DNA from: Geosiphon pyriformis uo1
Lineage: Eukaryota; Fungi; Glomeromycota
Reading direction: 5' to 3'
DNA: 64,000 bases
Assembly: GCA_016748015.1 (NCBI GenBank)
Contig: JAAOMT010000057.1
Span: forward strand, 547,536-611,535
The position numbers and the translations under genes were made by a program. Shown here piece by piece: positions 26,860 to 39,635 of the stretch. Below the pieces are notes generated by a model. It worked only from the letters and a program-made list of their open reading frames with translations, was not told where the DNA came from and did no database searches. The stretch's first letter is position 1. Each line of letters begins with the position of its first letter.

Positions 26860-27711
26860 ATGACCAGTCCCAGTCGCCTCATTGTCACCTGCGATGTTTG
26901 CAGTGAACAATCGAGGAAATACAAATGCTCAACTTGTCTGATTTCAATGTATCTTTCCTTCCAGGCACAAAAATGTTTTTTCACGTTTTATGTTCTGGGC
27001 CCTGCTTCCTACTACTTTTGACCTATTTCTTACGCCATCCTGTTTGCCCTGTTGAATTATATGCAGCTGCTCACTTCCCTGCTACAAGACACATAAGTGT
27101 GAATACTTTGGAAATTATTTTTAAAGGAGGCTATTATTAGTATATATTAAATCCTATTTAATCCCAGCGAATCCCTGTAATAAGCCTTCAGAATTAAGAC
27201 CCAAACTTCCTGGTATTTATTTGTCACAACTTTCTATTTATTGGCATTACAATCCTGGGCTCGATTCATTATAATTTCCCTACTCTTTAGTATTTCCTCG
27301 CAAAGAAATTTATAACGAATATGAGGAGAGCGAAGAAAGCGATTCACGACTCAAACTTGAGCAACTCGATAAAATTGGTACACCATCTATAAAAATTAAA
27401 AATTTTTTGCTAGTAGTAAATCAACTAAATTTATCTAATCAGTGCTTTTATATTTCTCTCTAATATAAATATTAGAAAAGTCATCAAGGATTCGGGAATT
27501 TCTAAAGGATGATAAACTTCGCGAGATTATCGGCAACATTGATAACTATGCAAACAGTACTGAGCCAGAAAAGATGTTGCTCCAGGCATTGCAAAATGAC
27601 AAAATGTTTTATGACTTTTCCCAACACATATTGGATATCGTCCTTCCTCAGGAGGACCAAAGTGGTGATGATGCAGAGTTAGAGAATTTTTTCGCCAGTG
27701 ATCCAAAGTAG
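26860..27711 (+). CDS. HIT1: zf-HIT protein, ZNHIT3/Hit1-like box C/D snoRNP assembly factor (5 exons)
   Basis: MTSPSRLIVTCDVCSEQSRKYKCSTCLIS|ICSLPCYKTHK, and a C-terminal region LEQLDKI|EKSSRIREFLKDDKLREII..FYDFSQHILDIV. Confidence 0.85.
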
Positions 27712-28007
27712 GTGATTTCTTCGTTTAACTTTTCTACCATCGCTTGCCATTTTCGCATAATATTTACCATTATTGAACTGGTCAAAGCCAAATAACTATG
27801 TCCAAGGATTTATACACGCAATTCGACACCCATTATACCTAGAAAACCGACAATTTGGTTGATCATTTGATTACAAGGTAAATAGTCCAAGAATTCTTGG
27901 TATGTTTTGAGATATTAATTAGTTAAATTAACTTGATAATTGATAATTCAATTAATAAAACGGACAATATATTAGTTTCAGAAATATTTTAATCTTTTAT
28001 TCAAATT

Positions 28008-29855
28008 TTAGAGATTACTCTTTATTTCCTCATCCACAATTTTAACCAAAATTTTACCGGTATTTTCGCCTTGAAAGAGTTTACTTAACCCTTGAGGCGC
28101 GTTTTCCAACCCCTCAATGATATATTCACTGCGTTTGATTTTTCCCTCTTGCAACCATTTCGAAAGATCACGGATTGCTTCATAGTAACGTTCCTGATAA
28201 TCAAATCTATAAGAAAAAATCATCTTAGAATAATAAAGTCTGAAGTGACCAACGTTTTAAATATAATACATACATAATGAATCCTTCCATTTTAGCGCGT
28301 TGGGTAATTAACCTGCTATAATAGGCCGGTCCTTTGGGATCATCAGTGTTATATTGACTGATAGCACCACAAAGCACAATCCGTCCATTCCTGGCAATAC
28401 ACCGCAAGCAATGATCAAGAATATCTCCCCCAACATTATCAAAATAGACATCAATGCCTTTTGGTGTGGCGTCACTCAATTTTTTGAAAAATTCAGGGTC
28501 TCGGTAGTTTAAAGCAATATCAAACCCAAGTTCCTTCTCCAACCATGCGCATTTATCATCGGATCCGGCAATCCCAATTACGCGTGCACCTTTTATTTTT
28601 GCAATTTGACCTAAATTCAATAGATTAAATTTACTGGGATCCTGAATTCTTGATAATAGATACATGAATGAGCTTACCAGCAACGCTGCCTGTAGCGCCA
28701 GCAGCCTTTTAAAAGCCAAAATAAGAAAAAGAATTTTGAAAAAATGAACATATACACTGACACTGACCCCTGAAACAACAACTGTATCCCCAGGCTTCGG
28801 TTTTCCTGTTTGCAGATTAAATTATTTACATGCCATAATTTGAGCCAACGAAATAAACAGATTAAGAAATACCAATCTCAAGCAATCCAAAGTAGGCAGT
28901 CATGCCAGTCATGCCAAGAACGCCTTGAAGGAGTAGGATTTTAGTTAAGCTTGTTATTACTTTCCAATCGCATATGCAGGCTTTCAAACGGCTTACCTAA
29001 AAAATCTCTTAGGTGAGCCCATTTAGGTGCTCTTGAGAATTTCAAAAATTGTGAGAAATTTAAGATTCAATCATGAATTTTCTCATAATAATTCCGATTA
29101 TCTATACTTGATTTTATTAACGTCCTTCCCGTTTGACAAGACATACTCTGACCAGCCTTTAAAAAGGTGCAGACATCTTTTTAATTATTAAAGACAGCAA
29201 AATTGAGATCACGTCATATCAAAATTGAGTTTACCTCCAAAGTGTTGGACCTTATCCCCTACTTTAAAATTGGGGTTCTTGGAGAAAACGACTCCTGTTG
29301 ATCAAAATTAGAAAAAAAATCAATTTAGAGGGGATATATATTTCATAATTTTGAAATTGAAAATTGTTAAAATGTTACATACCGCCAACAGCTTGGCCGC
29401 GCATTATTTCGTTTATGGCTATGAGAATTGAAAGCATTATGGCGAATATGGATAAGAGTCAATGATTCCTTGGGAAAAAAAATCAACTCACCGAGTGGAG
29501 GAATGTAACTATTTTAAAAAAATGCACTGGAAAGTATATTTATAACAGAAAAAGGGTTAAAAAGTTCCACAGAATAATATTTACCTTCTGACATTATTCA
29601 TCCACGTGCGCATTGCTGGTCGTATTAGAATAATTAGTCGAAAAATACGTAATTATTTGAATAAACTCCTTTAAATGTAAATTGCCTTCACATACCAGGG
29701 TCCAGTGACAGCCAATAACTCCGTATCAAAAATTCCCCTTCTTTCAACTCATCAAACGTAGGAATGGGCACCTTGACAATTTTGAAAGTTTCTTGAGGAT
29801 CAAATGCCCCTCTTGGGCGCTTCACAAACAAGACTTGTGTATTTTGAAAAGTCAT
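28008..29855 (-). CDS. NADP-dependent alkenal/prostaglandin reductase (MDR, PTGR1-like), about 12 exons
   Basis: MTFQNTQVLFVKRPRG, WLSLDP|AMRTWM, SYIPPL, GMTGMTAYFGL, AAGATGS, GIAGSDDKC, DVYFDNVGG, CGAISQYN and GENTGK. Confidence 0.95.
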
Positions 29856-31010
29856 TTTTAGATAGGATTAGAAAATTCTGAATGTTACAACCCCCTATAA
29901 TTTGTACTCTATTGATTTTTAGGTCCAAGATTTGATTTTTTATTGATTGGCGCATTTTACAATCTAAAATCTATTTATTCAAAAAATGTGAATTCAAACA
30001 TAATTACAGCGGTATCTTTATAAGTAAACGCCCTTGGAACCAACTATATTCATGCACTTAGAGAGGGTATACAATTTTCATGTACATATATTAATAGAAC
30101 TCATAATTATTTATATATGCAAAATATTAAAGATGTGTACTTAGTTCTAAGTTCTAAACTTGAAACCATATTATAGCATGTATATAAAAAGAGTATACGC
30201 TTATAGAAAATACACTTAAGAATTTTTTGCATTTTTAAATGTAAAAAAAATATTTTTGTATGTAATTTTTATTTTATAACTAAGAATGAAAAACAATTTT
30301 CTATTTAGAATAATAACTTATTGTTTTTTTTATTTGAATTAATTTTTAATTATATTATTAAATATATTAGCTTCTAATTAATTATTACCAGTTTTAAAAA
30401 CAAACCAAATTATATTTTTACATATAACTTTATTTAATTAGTCTAATAAATTACTTAATCTTAAAAATTAGACGAATCAAATAAAAACTAAAAAACTCTT
30501 TTTTTCTTTATTTTTTAATAATATTGCTTTTGGTAATATTCAAGAAATAATTGTTAAAGATTTTTTGAATAGTTAATTTTTACTTTAGTATTTAATGTTT
30601 TTTTAGAATCAAATTAATTTATATTAAGACTATTTTTCAATTTGTATGTAGTTTTATTAATGTAAAATTAGTTTTTAAGAACAATATTAAACTGTTTTGT
30701 ATAAAGTTTGTATTTTATATATTTTTAAATACTGTTATTAAAATTTAGCTTAGTAATTTTTTGTTATTTATTATTTTAAAAATTGTCAAATTTTTTATAC
30801 TTTTTGTTGTTATTTCTGTTTTTGTTGTTGTTATTTTATATAATATCTCTTAAAACTATTATAAATAATGATAAAAATACTTTAAAAGTTGATTTTAAAC
30901 CTTAAGTGGTTTTTTTATTACTTTTAAATTTGATTTTAAATTTTTTGAATTATTTTTATTAAGTTTTTTTGGAAGTATTTTATTAAAATTTTTTAATTAA
31001 AAATATTGCT

Positions 31011-31160
31011 TTTTTATTTTATTTTATTTTATTTTATTTTATTTTATTTTATTTTAACATAAAGTTTAATTATTATCTAATACAATATATTAAATTAAGT
31101 AACTTAAATTAGATACAGTTTATGTACTTTTTATATATAATTAAACATAAGTTTAATTCA
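31011..31160 (-). repeat. LINE 3' UTR remnant with (TAAAA)n tail
   Basis: (TTTTA)n at ~31011-31056, followed by the reverse complement of the motif seen at 7555-7615/8362-8376. Confidence 0.7.
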
Positions 31161-31321
31161 AATTAAATTACATTAAAACTATAAGAAAAAATCAATATTA
31201 AAAAAATATTTTACTTATAATAACAACTAGTATATTCCTATTTTTAATTAATTTATTTAATTATTTAGAAATTATATTTATATTAAGCTTAATACTAAAA
31301 TATATTAAAAAAATTTTTTTT

Positions 31322-32575
31322 TTGTCAATCCTTTGATTACAGTAAGAACTAAAAATTTGCCAAGATTATAGCTTTTTTTTTCTCCTTTTACACTTTGTTT
31401 TTGTTAGCTATTTTCTCTAAAACACCTATTTTTGTTGTAATAAAACTGGCAGATATGTCTGCTGGTGGTTCTGGTTCTATTTTTATTGGTTTGGAAATTC
31501 ATTTAAGTGCCAAAAAAAACATGTAAACAATGTTTACTCTTATAGTACATCCTATAAAAAACCAAAAAAGCCTGTAACCAATGGTGTAATTAATTCATTA
31601 GCTGGCTTTTTGAGTTTAAAGAATGTTGGTAGTACTGGTGTCAAACCTGTGGTGTCCTGAGGTAATAATATTAGCAGTGTTGTAAATAGTATTAGTAATC
31701 TGTTAAACATTAAAAATATAAAAAACACAATTGTTGAGGAAACAAGTTAGACAAATTTGGATACTTTGGCAAATAATAAGAATATAAACAAAACTATGCC
31801 AAAAAAGACTTTTACTTATATGTATGTACTAGGCTATTTTTCAAAAACACTCTTATTTAACAACATAAATAATAATGATGATGTTTTGGCTCTCCCATTT
31901 TTTAAGTTTGTTGGCTCTAATTAGCTGCTATTGGTTAAATTATGTGTTCCAGAAAGGCAAAATTTTAAGTCTGCTAAGTTTTTTGTGTTGAATATTAAGC
32001 TATTTGCTATGTTAAAAAAAACTAATAGTGATAAATTGATTGCAATTAAAAAAAAATTTCTATTGAATTGATAATTTTGGAGGAGTTTTTATTCTCTTAA
32101 AATTCTCAAAAATAATTAAGTTTTTTTTCACTTTGAATTTAAGTTTACAAAAGATTAGAATATTAGCTGTCAATAAAAATATTCTTGTTAATGTTAATTT
32201 TAGAAAAGCAAACAGCTGTACAAATTAGAGAATTGTTGTCAAAAAATTCCAGTTAATCTTTTCAAATTGGCTGTGAAATCAGTTTTTGCTAAATTTGGTA
32301 AGATAGTTTCTATTAGATTGCAACTGATTGGTCTTTGACAAAAGAGTCTTGTGGAGTTTGAATTAGTGAATATTACCAATTTGGTTGCTTTTAAATAATC
32401 AGTTTTTATGGAAAAAAATTCTGTGTGCGTGGCTTTGGCAGTTAATAAAAAACAGTTATGAATTTCAAGAGATTAATATTGGGCTTTGTTATACACTTTG
32501 CCTATTGGTATTACTGCTTATGATTTTACTGATCTATTAAAATCTTATGGTAAAAAAATTTGCTTTATTGGCTAT
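31322..32575 (+). mobile_element. Degenerate LINE 5' end / ORF1, interrupted by an LTR element
   Basis: Decayed frame from ~31455 reading MSAGGSGS..SYKKPKKP..VFAKFGKIVSIRLQLIGL..LYTLPIGITAYD..KICFIG, cut at 32576 by TGTTA. Confidence 0.65.
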
Positions 32576-35500
32576 TGTTATAGGTGATTATTTGGAGTAT
32601 AGAAACAAATAACAAACTCATAACTTGGTGTTCAATAGCTAATGGTATTAATAAATCTGAAGGTTTTTGTGATCTAAAAATTTTTTGTAATCTGAAGGTT
32701 TTGATTAAGTCTTTTATATAATGAACATAAATTTAATAGTAGTATCTTTTTCTGATGTTTCTAGTTTCTTTTCCAATTCTTGAGTTGGTATGTTTTGCAT
32801 TCATAGTTTTCTGGAATATGTATTCTGCCAATTTTTTTTCTAGCTTGGTAGCTGGTATCTTTTGATAAGCTATTTTTAATTCTGAGTGTTTACTCTTATT
32901 CCTGAGTTTTTTACTAGTGCTATTTCTGAGATTAGTACTCCATATGTTAATCTTTTAATCAGTTAGTAAATTAACAAACAACAAAATAAAAAATAAATAA
33001 ATAAATAAAAGAAAAAAAAAAAGAAAAAAAAAAGAAAAAATTAGTATTTTGTTAATAGCTATGATCAAAAATTATTGTTTTAATATGATTAAGTGTTGAA
33101 TATTATCAACATAAAATGTTGATAAATAGAAGAGTAATTAGAATTTTTAATTAAACAATAATAACATGGATTGAATGATAATAAGTATGTTTTATTTGAT
33201 ATTTTGTTAATGAATTCATTTTGGTTAATAATAATTATCTGTAAAATAAAGTTTAATTAATAGATAAAAAAAGAAATACTAAATTGAAACTAAACTGAAT
33301 TAAATATTTTTCTTATTTCTAATACTATTACTATATATATATAGTTGGTATTATATGAGATTTCTGAAATTCTGTAATTTTTTTAAAAAAATTCTGGAAT
33401 TTTAGAATTCTAAAATCCTGCAATTTTTTACCAAGAATCCTAAAATTCTGGGATTCTAGAATCCTGCAATTTCTTTAAAGAAATCCTGAAATTTTTCTGT
33501 TACTATGCTTACTTCTAATTGGCTATTCTTTTAACTATATGATACTTTTAATTTCTATAAGTAATATTATTTTCTTTTTTTTAATATTGAGCTCTGTCAA
33601 AATTTTCTAAACTTTTTAGATTTTTTTTTTAGATTAGCTCTATAACATTTTTTTCCAGAATTGCTTTTGTAATTTTTACTTGTAATTCTTTAAATTGAGC
33701 ATTGGTTAATTTTCCCAATTAATTAATAGTTACAGTATTCATTGTTGAATGTAGTAATATTTCTGGTCTGTCTTAAAATTCCATTCATAATTGGTAAATG
33801 GCTTTGTATATGTGAATAAGTTGTTCTTTTCAACAATTTGTTCTATTTGTTATAATCAGGTTAAATCAAATTTTTTTTTTGTTTTGTCAGTATACAAGTT
33901 TTCAATGCTTAACTGTTGTCTTAACTAATAATAACAAAAGTTCTTTGGAATTTGTTATATCTATTGGTTCCAATTTTCCAAGATCAATTTTTCTTCTGAT
34001 ATTAATATTCTTGGATCTTTTAGTGTTTTTTCTATTTTTCTCATTATTTTATCTATAGTATTTCTAATGATGTGATATCTGAAATATTGTTCTTTGGTTT
34101 GGTTCTTCTGTGTTTTTTTTTGTCTTTATATTTATTATGTGTTTATTGATAGTAATTTCCAGACTTGATTTTTGTTATTGAATTAATTATAATAGTTGTT
34201 GTATAAGTGAGTGGATGTTGTTAGTAATTTCCATCTTTTCTTATTGTTTTTGTTATATGTGTTGGTTCTTTATATACTGTTTTGGTAGATTAATTCAACA
34301 TGGTTGCTTTAGTAATAATAATTAGTTCTAGATCTTATGGAATCTTATCTGGTTGGACTAATATTTATTGTACCCCCAGTTGTGAAATATTATTGGTAAA
34401 TAATGATATTATATTGTAATATGGTTTCAGTTAATTTCTATGTATTGCTTTAGCTAAGATTTTGTTGTCTTATTTTAGTTTATAAGTTCCATTTTCTAGA
34501 ATTTTTTTAATATAAAATAATTCATCTCACTTGGATTTAAATTTTCACTCTATTGTTTTTTCACTTTGATATAATATAAGAATACTTTGTCTTTAATCCT
34601 AAATTCAGCTGGTTTATTTGGTAATTGGTTTTCATGTTATTCTTTTTGTTTTTCTTGTAACTTTTGAATGTTGTTAGCTGCTTTTTGTCTTTTGTTTTTC
34701 AAAGTTTCTATTAACTTGTATGTTTTTCTTAGCAATATTTTTTAGAAGTTAGCTTCTGTTATTGGTTCTATTGAATATGTTTTGATGTTTATTTTCACTA
34801 GTAATGTTGCTGTTTTACTATAAACAAGTTCAAATAGTGTTGCTTGTGTGGTATCTTGCTTTATTGTTTGATAAGCAAATAATACTAATATATAAATAAA
34901 TTCCATTTATCCTGGTTTTTTTGGCTATTGCTTTATATAATGTTCTATTAAATCTTTTGACTAAGCTATTTGTTTATGAATAATATGGTAATGATAATAG
35001 TCTTTTGATTCCAAATTTTTAACTTAATTTTGTTAATGTTTTGTTTACAAAATAAGTTTCTTGATTAGATAATAATTTTTTTGGATATCTATGTCGACAA
35101 ATCAAATTTTGGTAGACAAATTTGGCTACAAATTTTACATTTGCTTTTTGAATTGTTTTTGCTTCTGGCTATTGTTACTCATAGAATATAGGAGATATAT
35201 TAGCATATAAATTAGCCAATCAGACATAGTCATAATAAATGTAGAATTCCAGGATTTCTATTAGAGGAATTGCAGGATTCCAGAAATTTCAGAATTCTCA
35301 TATAAAGAATTGCAGAATTGCAGAATTCCAGGATTTCAGAAATTTCAGAATTTTTGGTGTGAAGAATCAAGGAATTAAGGAATCTCAATTATGTATATAT
35401 ATCAGTAATATTAGAAATAGAAAAGACAGACCTTTTAGTTTAGATTTGATCTAAGCAATCTTTTTATTCATCAATAAATAATTATTCACTATCTTAATCC

Positions 35501-38500
35501 ACTTTCTACTATCAATACTTTCATGTTGATAGTAATTAAGACTTAACCACACTAGAACAATAGCTCTTGATCATGGCTATTAATGGGATATTAACTTACT
35601 CCTGTTTTGGCTCATTTTTCTTATTTTTTATTATTTTTATTATTTTTTTATTATTTTTTTATTTTACTAATTGATTAAAAATTAAGCACTGAGTTATTGA
35701 TGTCAAGAATAGCCTGGTAAAAGACCCCAAAGAAAGGATATAGAAATTGAAAATTTAAGGATAACTTATCAGAAGGGCATCTCTGCCAGATTACTAGCCA
35801 CCATGCTAAGAAAAAAATTCAATGGAATTGCGATTCTGGAAGACTACTGAAAAGACAACAACTATTGAATCTTTGTTCATTATACAAAGAACTCCACAAC
35901 AAAACCTTTAGAACAACAAAGCCTTCAGAAACCAATGCCAACAACATCAATTGAGCACCAAGTTACAGGTTTGTTATTTGCTTTAAGACCTGAAACAATT
36001 ATTTGTAACACTATCTATAGCTACTACTATATAATAATTGTCTCTGCTGATTATTATTAATGATCCAACCAAGTCAATTCTAATTTAATCAAATAGTTGT
36101 CTCACTTTAATTGGTCTTAGTGGTTTACTGGATCTTATTTCTCTTTTTTTTTGACAAATATTACAATTTTGAACATATTAGATAATGTTTGAATACATGG
36201 ATGACTAATAGTATCTTTTTCTGGTTCTTTTTATGATTGTTTTTTTATGAAAATATTTTGTTGTTGAATCTGAGTACATGTTGAATAGTATTGTTTCTTT
36301 TTCTGATTCTGTGATTACTCTAAATAACTGATCTGAATATTTTCTGTTCTTCCAGTATAATATATTTTAGTAAGTAATAAAATATTTTGTCTGTTGTTTT
36401 ATGTTGTTTTTTTTTTTAAGATAATTTCTTTTTAAACTATTGGGTATTGATAAAATATTGGAGTTGTTGATATTTTTGTGTGTTTATTTTTTGTTATATT
36501 TTTGGATTAAAATATTCTTAGATTTGTTTTATTCATTGGTATTTTTATTTTTTTTCTCTTTTTATAATGTACTGTATAATTGAATAGTCATAGTTTTATT
36601 TTCTATCTTGTATAGTAATTATCTCTAAATTTTTGCTTCTGAATTAATGTCAATTCTTTGTGATTAGTGTACACATTGAATTTTTGACTCAAATATTTCT
36701 TCTATTTGATAACAGCTTAATAGATAGCCAAATGTTCTAATATTGAAGTTCTATAGTTTTTTTCAGCTGGACTTAAGCTTTGGCTGGCATATGTTACTGG
36801 GTGTTCTCTTCTATTTGATTCTTTTTATAACAATACTGCTTCTAAGATTTGACTAAATAAATTAGTAATAATAATAAATAGTTTGCTGTAATTTGAATAG
36901 ATTAGTACTAGTACTTAAATAAGCTTTCTTTTTAAGATGTTGAAAGCTTTTTGTTAAGTTTCAGTCTATTTAAATTTCATATTCTTTGCTTGAAACTGGT
37001 AAAGAAATTGAGCCAGTTTGGAAAAGTTTTGAATAAAGTAGCAATAGTATCCAGTAAATTCCAAGAATGCTCTTAATTTTGTGAAATTTGTTAGTACTAA
37101 AAAGCTCTTAACAATTTCAATCTTATCTGGATCTGTTTTAATATCATCTTTGCTTATAACATGTTTCAAGAATTTCACTTCTGTTTTGCCAAAAAAACAA
37201 TTTGTAGTATTCAAGTTTAGTCTGGCTCTTCTTAGTCTTTTAAACACTAGTTGAAAATAGTAGAAATAATTATTAAATGTTTTAGAAAACACATTAATGT
37301 CATCCAAATAGATTACTATTGACTTCTATAATAATCTAGTATAGACAATTTCTATTAGTCATTAAAAAATGGCTGAAGCATTTATTAAGCCAAATAGCAT
37401 CACATCAAATTCAAAGTTCTTTTCTCTGGTTGTGAATGCTGTCTTCTTTTTGTTGGCTGAATTTATAACTACTTGCCAATAACCACTGTTTAGATCCAAT
37501 GTTGAGAACCATTTTTTTCTTCTAAATACATTAAATAATTCTTGAATTTGTAAAGTTAGATAGCTGTCTCCACAAATAACACTATTGAGCTTTTTGTAAT
37601 CTATACAAAAGCAGATTTTTTTATTCTTCTTCTGAACTAATACTACTGGTAAAGACTATGAATTCATTGATAGTTGAATTAACTTATTGTCCAACATTTT
37701 GTTGATTTTTTGTCAAATAGTCTTATGAGTTGCTGGTGGTATTCTATATGCTTATTGTTTTATTGACATTGTATCTTCAGTTTTGATTTGGTGTTGGATA
37801 ATATCAGTTCTGCTAAATTTATTTTTGCTGGCAAAGATATTAGTAAAATTGTTAAGTAACATCTTGAGCTGCATTTGTTAAAGTGAGTTTAAGTTCCTCA
37901 AGTTCATTTGTTCCAATTGTTCTGGTTGGAGCAAATAGTATTCTTCTAATCTGTATATTGTTTGTAATGTAATATCTACATATTCACACAGTTGTGGAAA
38001 ATCCAGAATGGTGCTTGATAGTTGGTCTTCAACTTCAGTACTTAAGTATCTAATGATGGTTTTTCTTTGTATTTCAATGGGGTTTTCAGTTGTATTGTGA
38101 ATGGAAATTTTGATGTGTTTGTGGCTTTTAACTAGTATGTAGAAATTGGTAATAGCAATCTTACCTGATTCACAAATACTTGGTTCTGTCTCAAAAATTT
38201 GGAACTGATCTTTTACTTTTCTTTCTATAACTACTAAATATTAGTTATATGGTAGAATGGAAATTGATTAACAGGTGGAGATAATTTTTCCCTTGTTAAT
38301 AACTTTTTTTTTTGTTATTTTAACTGGTATGTTTATTCTACTCATAAATCCAAATCTATTTATTCCTCTTGTTGTCATCCCTAACTCCTCTTTATTTCTT
38401 ATTGATATTAGCTAAGTTATTTTAACCAGAGATAAGAATATTGTCTGTGCTATCTTTTCATTTGGTTTAATAATATATGATTTTTTTGAATCATTTTGTA

Positions 38501-39635
38501 ATATTGCAATAATATTTCCTACATATCCTGCATCAATTATTCTTCTTTTTATATTAATTCCTTTTTTTTTGCTAAATTACTTTTAGATATTAGTTGAATT
38601 ATTATTGTTGCTGAAATTTCCAGTGCTACTTTCAAATCAATGTAGGTGTGTAAATGTGATTCCAATTTGATAGCATTTTTTCCTAAATATCTTAAATCAA
38701 ACTCTGTATTAGTATCATGCACTCATTTTGGCATAATACTTTCATCATTATCACTGAACTATTTGAGTTTTTGCTTTTTTGACAGATCAGAGAGTGCAAT
38801 ATATTGTTTTGTGTTTAAATTGGGATTTGAATTGACAGTATTGTCATTGCCAATTTGAATAGAACTGGAATCTTTATTATCATTATTATCATCAGAGTCT
38901 GAATCAAAATTGAATAGTAATTTTGATTTCAAGACACAGCTGCTGATTGGTTCTTTTTTTTTAGGGATTGTGTAAATTATGTGTGTCAGTGAATTGTAGA
39001 TAAAGTTATATTCATTACAATATTAAAAGTCATATGGAATTAAACAGTAATTACATAATCAGATGTTTAGTTGTTCTAAATACTGTTTTTGCTCTTTTTT
39101 TGTTGATACCAAGTTTTGATAATAGTCATGAAATTCTTCTGGATCAGTTTTAATGTCTAGAAAAGCATCAGGGTTGGAAATGCAAACTATTTCAACTGAT
39201 TCTGGCAGATTGTTTTTAATTTTTAAAATTTTACTAGACAAAATACTTTTGATTTTGGTATTGGCCATTTTCTAAATTTCATTTTTATTGTAAGAATAAC
39301 TGTCTAAGCAAAAGATTGCTCTATGTTAGACTACATTTAACAGGGTTTTATGACTCATCCAGTCACTTATGAGGATCATGTATTAACATAATACATTACA
39401 CATTTTTTTTCAACCAGGAATGTTGTTTCACATTCTTTTGTTAAATAACTATTTGCCACGAGTGAAACATGGTTTATTGTCTCACTTGTCATGTTATTTT
39501 GGGTAGTTATATTGTTCTCTATAGTATAGCTTACAGTAATAGTATGTGCAAGTCTAATAGTCTTTGTCTAATATAATCCATGCTCCCATAAAGAACAGTC
39601 TTTTCTTATTGTCTTTGTATTTAAGTGAGATATAG
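32576..39635 (-). mobile_element. Gypsy family A element A1 (3' LTR, extra ORF, IN, RNase H, RT, dUTPase, Cys-rich region); heavily mutated
   Basis: LTR 32576-33566 with adjacent PPT; RT YLDDINVFSK (~37310); dUTPase remnants at 38340-38760. Collinear with the element at 54262-64000 and truncated by family B insertion at 39636. Confidence 0.9.
35173..36010 (+). mobile_element. Solo LTR, family A, inserted in the integrase of A1
   Basis: TGTTACTCAT...TGTAACA, flanked by CTAT on both sides. It is the reverse complement homologue of the LTR at 54262-55110. Confidence 0.9.

Noticed and set aside
26949-27066. HIT1 intron 1 (GTATCTTT) as a U12-type intron
   Set aside because: The donor is only a partial match, and I see no TCCTTAAC-like branch point near the acceptor.
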